Assembly: GCA_963767005.1 (NCBI GenBank)
Contig: CAVYCN010000003.1
Coordinates: forward strand, 32,001-96,000
DNA: 64,000 nt
Direction of reading: 5' to 3'
From: an uncultured Actinomycetes bacterium
GTDB lineage: Bacteria > Actinomycetota > Thermoleophilia > UBA2241
Within the stretch, counting starts at the first letter, position 1. Every line of letters begins with the position of its first letter. Below are positions 60,616 through 64,000 of the stretch, in pieces. Under the pieces are notes generated by a model. The model ran no database searches, had not been told where the DNA came from, and was given only the letters and a program-made list of their open reading frames with translations. The position numbers and the translations under genes are program-made.

Positions 60616-62100
60616 TCATGGAATCATGACGTCTGGGTCCAAGGCTCGTGTAGCCGCCACGAATGTCTTCCAGAGCTGGCGACGTTCGATTCGCTCACCC
60701 TCTTGCAGGCGGGGCTCGAAGCGCCGGCTAAAGGACGCCCGGGCAGCCAGCCCTGGAAGGTCCAATTCTCCAAGCCCAATGGCCGCCAAGCCGGCTGCGC
60801 CGGCAGCCGTCCCCTCACGCTCCGCCGAGGCAAGGATAGGTCGGCCACTTAGGTCAGCCTCAAGCTGCAGCAGGACATCGCTCGCGCTCAGCCCCCCATC
60901 GACACGAATCTCCGTCGGCAAAGCCTGCACCTCGCCAATCGCGTCCAATACGTCCACCACCCGATGGGCAATCCCCTCCAACACGGCGAAGGCCAAGTCA
61001 CTCTTCTGACTGGACGCCCTCAAACCGGCGAAGACCCCAGCAGCACCTGCTCTCCACCAAGGCGCACCAACCCCACTCAAAGCTGGGAGGAAGAAGACTC
61101 TCCGCGGAATGCCCGACTCGGCCAGTTTGTCTAGGTCAGACGCAGTGTCGGCAAGCCCGAGGCCGACCGCCCAATCGACGGCCGTCCCTCCCGAAAACAC
61201 GCCACCTTCTACGGCATAGGACATCTCCCCGGAGGGCAACGCCCAAGCGAATATCGGCATCAACCCGTGCTCAGGCCGCACGGGTTCAGGGCCGGCATTC
61301 GCGTCAATGAAACAGCCTGTCCCATGCGTTACCTTCATGTCACCAGTCTTTACAGCGCCAATGGCGGCAAGTGCCGACGGTTGATCACAAATCGATGCGG
61401 CGATTGGTGCACCACACGTTGTTTTGATTGGTTCCTCCAGAACCGTCTTTCGCATGTCTGCAAGCCAGGTGATATCAATGCCGAAGATTTCAGCACACGA
61501 TTCCTCGAACTGCAGACTGTCTAGACTCATCAACTGGGTGCGACAGGCTGTCGAAGGATCGGTCGCAAATTCCTTTCCATCGCTCAAGCGAAAAGTGAAG
61601 TAGCTATCAAGAGTGCCAACCGCTAATGTACCATTCTTTGACGCATCACTCACAGCATCGATATTGCGAAGCATCCACGCCATCTTACCAGCTGAATAGT
61701 ATGGGTCAAGAGGCAAACCGGTTACTTGCTCAACCAATCTCTGGTCAGATGTACCGGCCATGCTCTCAATGATATCTGTTGATCGTCGATCCGACCACAA
61801 TACTACGGGAGATAATGGGGCACCGCTAATGCGGTCAAAAGCGACGACGCTCTCGCCTTGATTTGCAAGACCAATCCCGGCGAGTTCTGCTCCGTCAGCA
61901 TGATTGAGCGCCTCCGCAAGCGTCACCTCGATTGACTGGACGAGCTCCTCTGCGTCCTGTTCATTCCAGCCAGGAGCCGGATGCTGCGTCCGGGTACGGC
62001 GGTAGCTGGTGGTGATGAACCGTCCCTTGGTATCGTACAGATTGGTCCTAGTGCCGGTCGTTCCCTGGTCTATTCCGGCAAACACACGGGACACGCTCAT
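60616..62100 (-). CDS. FGGY family kinase, glycerol-kinase-like
   Basis: GIDQGTTGTR, PGWNEQD, NQGE, W.D.R, DQ, GTG, VDGG. Confidence 0.9.
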   Translation of the reverse strand: MSVSRVFAGIDQGTTGTRTNLYDTKGRFITTSYRRTRTQHPAPGWNEQDAEELVQSIEVTLAEALNHADGAELAGIGLANQGESVVAFDRISGAPLSPVVLWSDRRSTDIIESMAGTSDQRLVEQVTGLPLDPYYSAGKMAWMLRNIDAVSDASKNGTLAVGTLDSYFTFRLSDGKEFATDPSTACRTQLMSLDSLQFEESCAEIFGIDITWLADMRKTVLEEPIKTTCGAPIAASICDQPSALAAIGAVKTGDMKVTHGTGCFIDANAGPEPVRPEHGLMPIFAWALPSGEMSYAVEGGVFSGGTAVDWAVGLGLADTASDLDKLAESGIPRRVFFLPALSGVGAPWWRAGAAGVFAGLRASSQKSDLAFAVLEGIAHRVVDVLDAIGEVQALPTEIRVDGGLSASDVLLQLEADLSGRPILASAEREGTAAGAAGLAAIGLGELDLPGLAARASFSRRFEPRLQEGERIERRQLWKTFVAATRALDPDVMIP

Positions 62101-62573
62101 CAGTTCCTCCTGCTTGCTAGATGGACATGAGATCGCTCTTGTGGCAACGCCCGACCGATGAGGGCACATTGCCCATGTGGCCCCCGGGACCGCTACCTAG
62201 ACCACTCCGCTTCAGAATTCAGCGAATACGCTCAGGGAGGTGTTCGCTGGATCACTGCTGAACCCGAGCGCGAGCGACGTGCAGGCCAGACTGAACATCA
62301 GAAGTGCATCCAGGCTCCGTGGTGGTCCGAGCGACCGCCACGCCGGTACCTTCGCGAACCGCGGTGCTCCGCGAAGACTGACGCGGCGGCTAGGCATGGT
62401 ACGACGCAGTGTTGATCAAATACGTCTGGCTCGTGGGCAACAAATCGCCACTAGCTGGAGAAACTTGAGCTCCGGCTGCGCGAACGGCACGAAGGGTACG
62501 CGAGCGGCAGATGTCCTTGCCGCTCGCGCACCCAGAGTCGTTAAGCTCTGCTCAATTGCCTGCTATCGCTGCT

Positions 62574-64000
62574 TCACTCAGGCGGTACCTCAAGGAACGC
62601 ATAGGAAAGGTCGATTCCTTTGCCCTTCTGATACCACCGTTGAATTACATAGTACACAAGGACGACGACAAACACGCCAGACACGATCAGGTACGGTGTT
62701 GTGCCAGTAAGGCCGTAGCCCTTCTTCAGCAAGAAGGCGACCTCAGCAGACGTAGCAAACACCGCACCGATGACTCCGAATATGGTCACGAGCGGCACTC
62801 CGAAGAGCTTGTACTGCGCCCCTGGGGCAGCCTCGTAGAGGGCCTTGGCACGGTAAGGCAGCAGGGCTGCGGCGAGCGCGCTGAAGACGAAGACGTAGCC
62901 GCCAGCGAACGTCACGCCCAACGTTATCGTGGCCCACTTATGGAGATATGTGTAGCCGAAGATGACCGGCAAAGTCGCGAGGAAGTAGACGACCTGGACG
63001 TTGACGGGGGTGCGAAACCGCCCATTGATCTTCGATAGCCAAGCCGGCAGGGTGCGGTCGAGCGACATGCCAATCATGATGCGGGTGCAACCAATGTAGC
63101 CGTTAGCCATGAGCTGAAACGAGGCGAGCATGAACCCCACGGAAGCGAGGACGACGATGATTGGGTTGGGCGAGATGATGATGGCGAACATGCCCGGGAA
63201 CGGCAGCACGGCGCCTATGCCTTTGCCCGAGGCGCTCACGCCGCCATAGTACGACGCCGACGCAGCATTGAAGAAGCCTGTGCCGATCGCGTGCTGCTCG
63301 GTCCACGCGATGAGGGCGAGGGTGACACCGACAGCGATAAGCGCGCCCACGATGATGAACATTTGGTTCCTGAAGACGCGAGCGCCCTTGATTTCGCCGC
63401 CCTGCTCCACAGAGTAAGTCGCCCACATCGTGCTAGTCCAGGCAATCGGGGCGGCGAGCAGCGTGGCGCCCAGCGCGAACTTCGGGAAGAGGTTCCAGCC
63501 CGTCGAGCTCACGTCATGCTGCAGCCACGTGTAGTAGTGCGGGTTGCTGTCGACGATGCCGTTGAAGTGGTTGATGGCGGTGGCGAAGGACGCCGGGCTC
63601 GTGCGCAAGAACTGGACCAGCATGATGATGACGAGGATCGCGGTGCCGGCGAATATCGCGTGTTGCAGGCGGACGTAATTCTTGAAGCCGGTAATAAGCA
63701 AGAACGCCGCGGCTCCACAGGCGATCGTGCTCACGATGACGACGCCCTGATGGCTCTCGGACCAGATGCCGGCGTTGATCAGGCTGGTGCTGTGGTAGTG
63801 CACGCCGAGGCCCATGAAGAGCGGAACAAGACCGAGATTGCAGAAGAGCCAGCCTGACAGGCCACCAATCCACTGAAGCATCCACACCACGAAACCGCTC
63901 ATCACGATCGGAAAGCCGATTGCGCCCCCGAGCATGCGGCTCTGAAACACGTAGTCGCCGCCGCTTCTCGGCATTCCGCTTGCCATCCAGACGTAGGCGA
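62574..64000 (-). CDS. APC family permease (5' end beyond window)
   Basis: MPRSGGDYVF, GEIK, C-terminal VPPE; homologous to 44146-45777. Confidence 0.9.
   Translation of the reverse strand, partial: AYVWMASGMPRSGGDYVFQSRMLGGAIGFPIVMSGFVVWMLQWIGGLSGWLFCNLGLVPLFMGLGVHYHSTSLINAGIWSESHQGVVIVSTIACGAAAFLLITGFKNYVRLQHAIFAGTAILVIIMLVQFLRTSPASFATAINHFNGIVDSNPHYYTWLQHDVSSTGWNLFPKFALGATLLAAPIAWTSTMWATYSVEQGGEIKGARVFRNQMFIIVGALIAVGVTLALIAWTEQHAIGTGFFNAASASYYGGVSASGKGIGAVLPFPGMFAIIISPNPIIVVLASVGFMLASFQLMANGYIGCTRIMIGMSLDRTLPAWLSKINGRFRTPVNVQVVYFLATLPVIFGYTYLHKWATITLGVTFAGGYVFVFSALAAALLPYRAKALYEAAPGAQYKLFGVPLVTIFGVIGAVFATSAEVAFLLKKGYGLTGTTPYLIVSGVFVVVLVYYVIQRWYQKGKGIDLSYAFLEVPPE

Noticed and set aside
62160-62560. 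Degraded transposase
   Set aside because: No convincing motif in any frame

Overview
High-GC bacterial DNA, probably from an anaerobic actinobacterium (inferred from GC content, gene content and the IS types). The window is a mosaic accessory region. 1-12 kb: an extra RpoD-like sigma factor behind a MarR gene and three micro-ORFs, a FAD oxidoreductase, a PAS/HD-GYP protein, an FG-GAP/IPT surface protein, a non-catalytic-type [FeFe]-hydrogenase-like protein and an MFS transporter. 12-16 kb: a frameshifted tyrosine integrase and an IS481 remnant. Two identical 58-bp repeats containing the 3' half of tRNA-Cys (15957-16014, 53188-53245), each flanked by ATGTCGGC arm-type repeats, look like junctions of tandemly integrated elements. 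Each is followed by a ParB-methyltransferase/TerS/TerL module with no portal or capsid genes, and the two dissimilar TerL proteins share an unusual C-terminal tail. The 37-kb unit between the junctions carries a peptide ABC system, efflux genes, a DUF262-HEPN pair and a corrinoid methyltransferase/amine catabolism cluster. In that cluster a monomethylamine methyltransferase MtmB with an in-frame TAG at the pyrrolysine position lies in one apparent operon with a guanidino hydrolase (DDAH/deiminase family) and an atypical carbamoyltransferase, with carbamate kinase nearby. This suggests an undescribed methylguanidino-compound fermentation coupled to Pyl-dependent methylamine use. No pyl genes or intact tRNA are visible in the window. 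All assignments come from motif recognition by eye, not from database searches.
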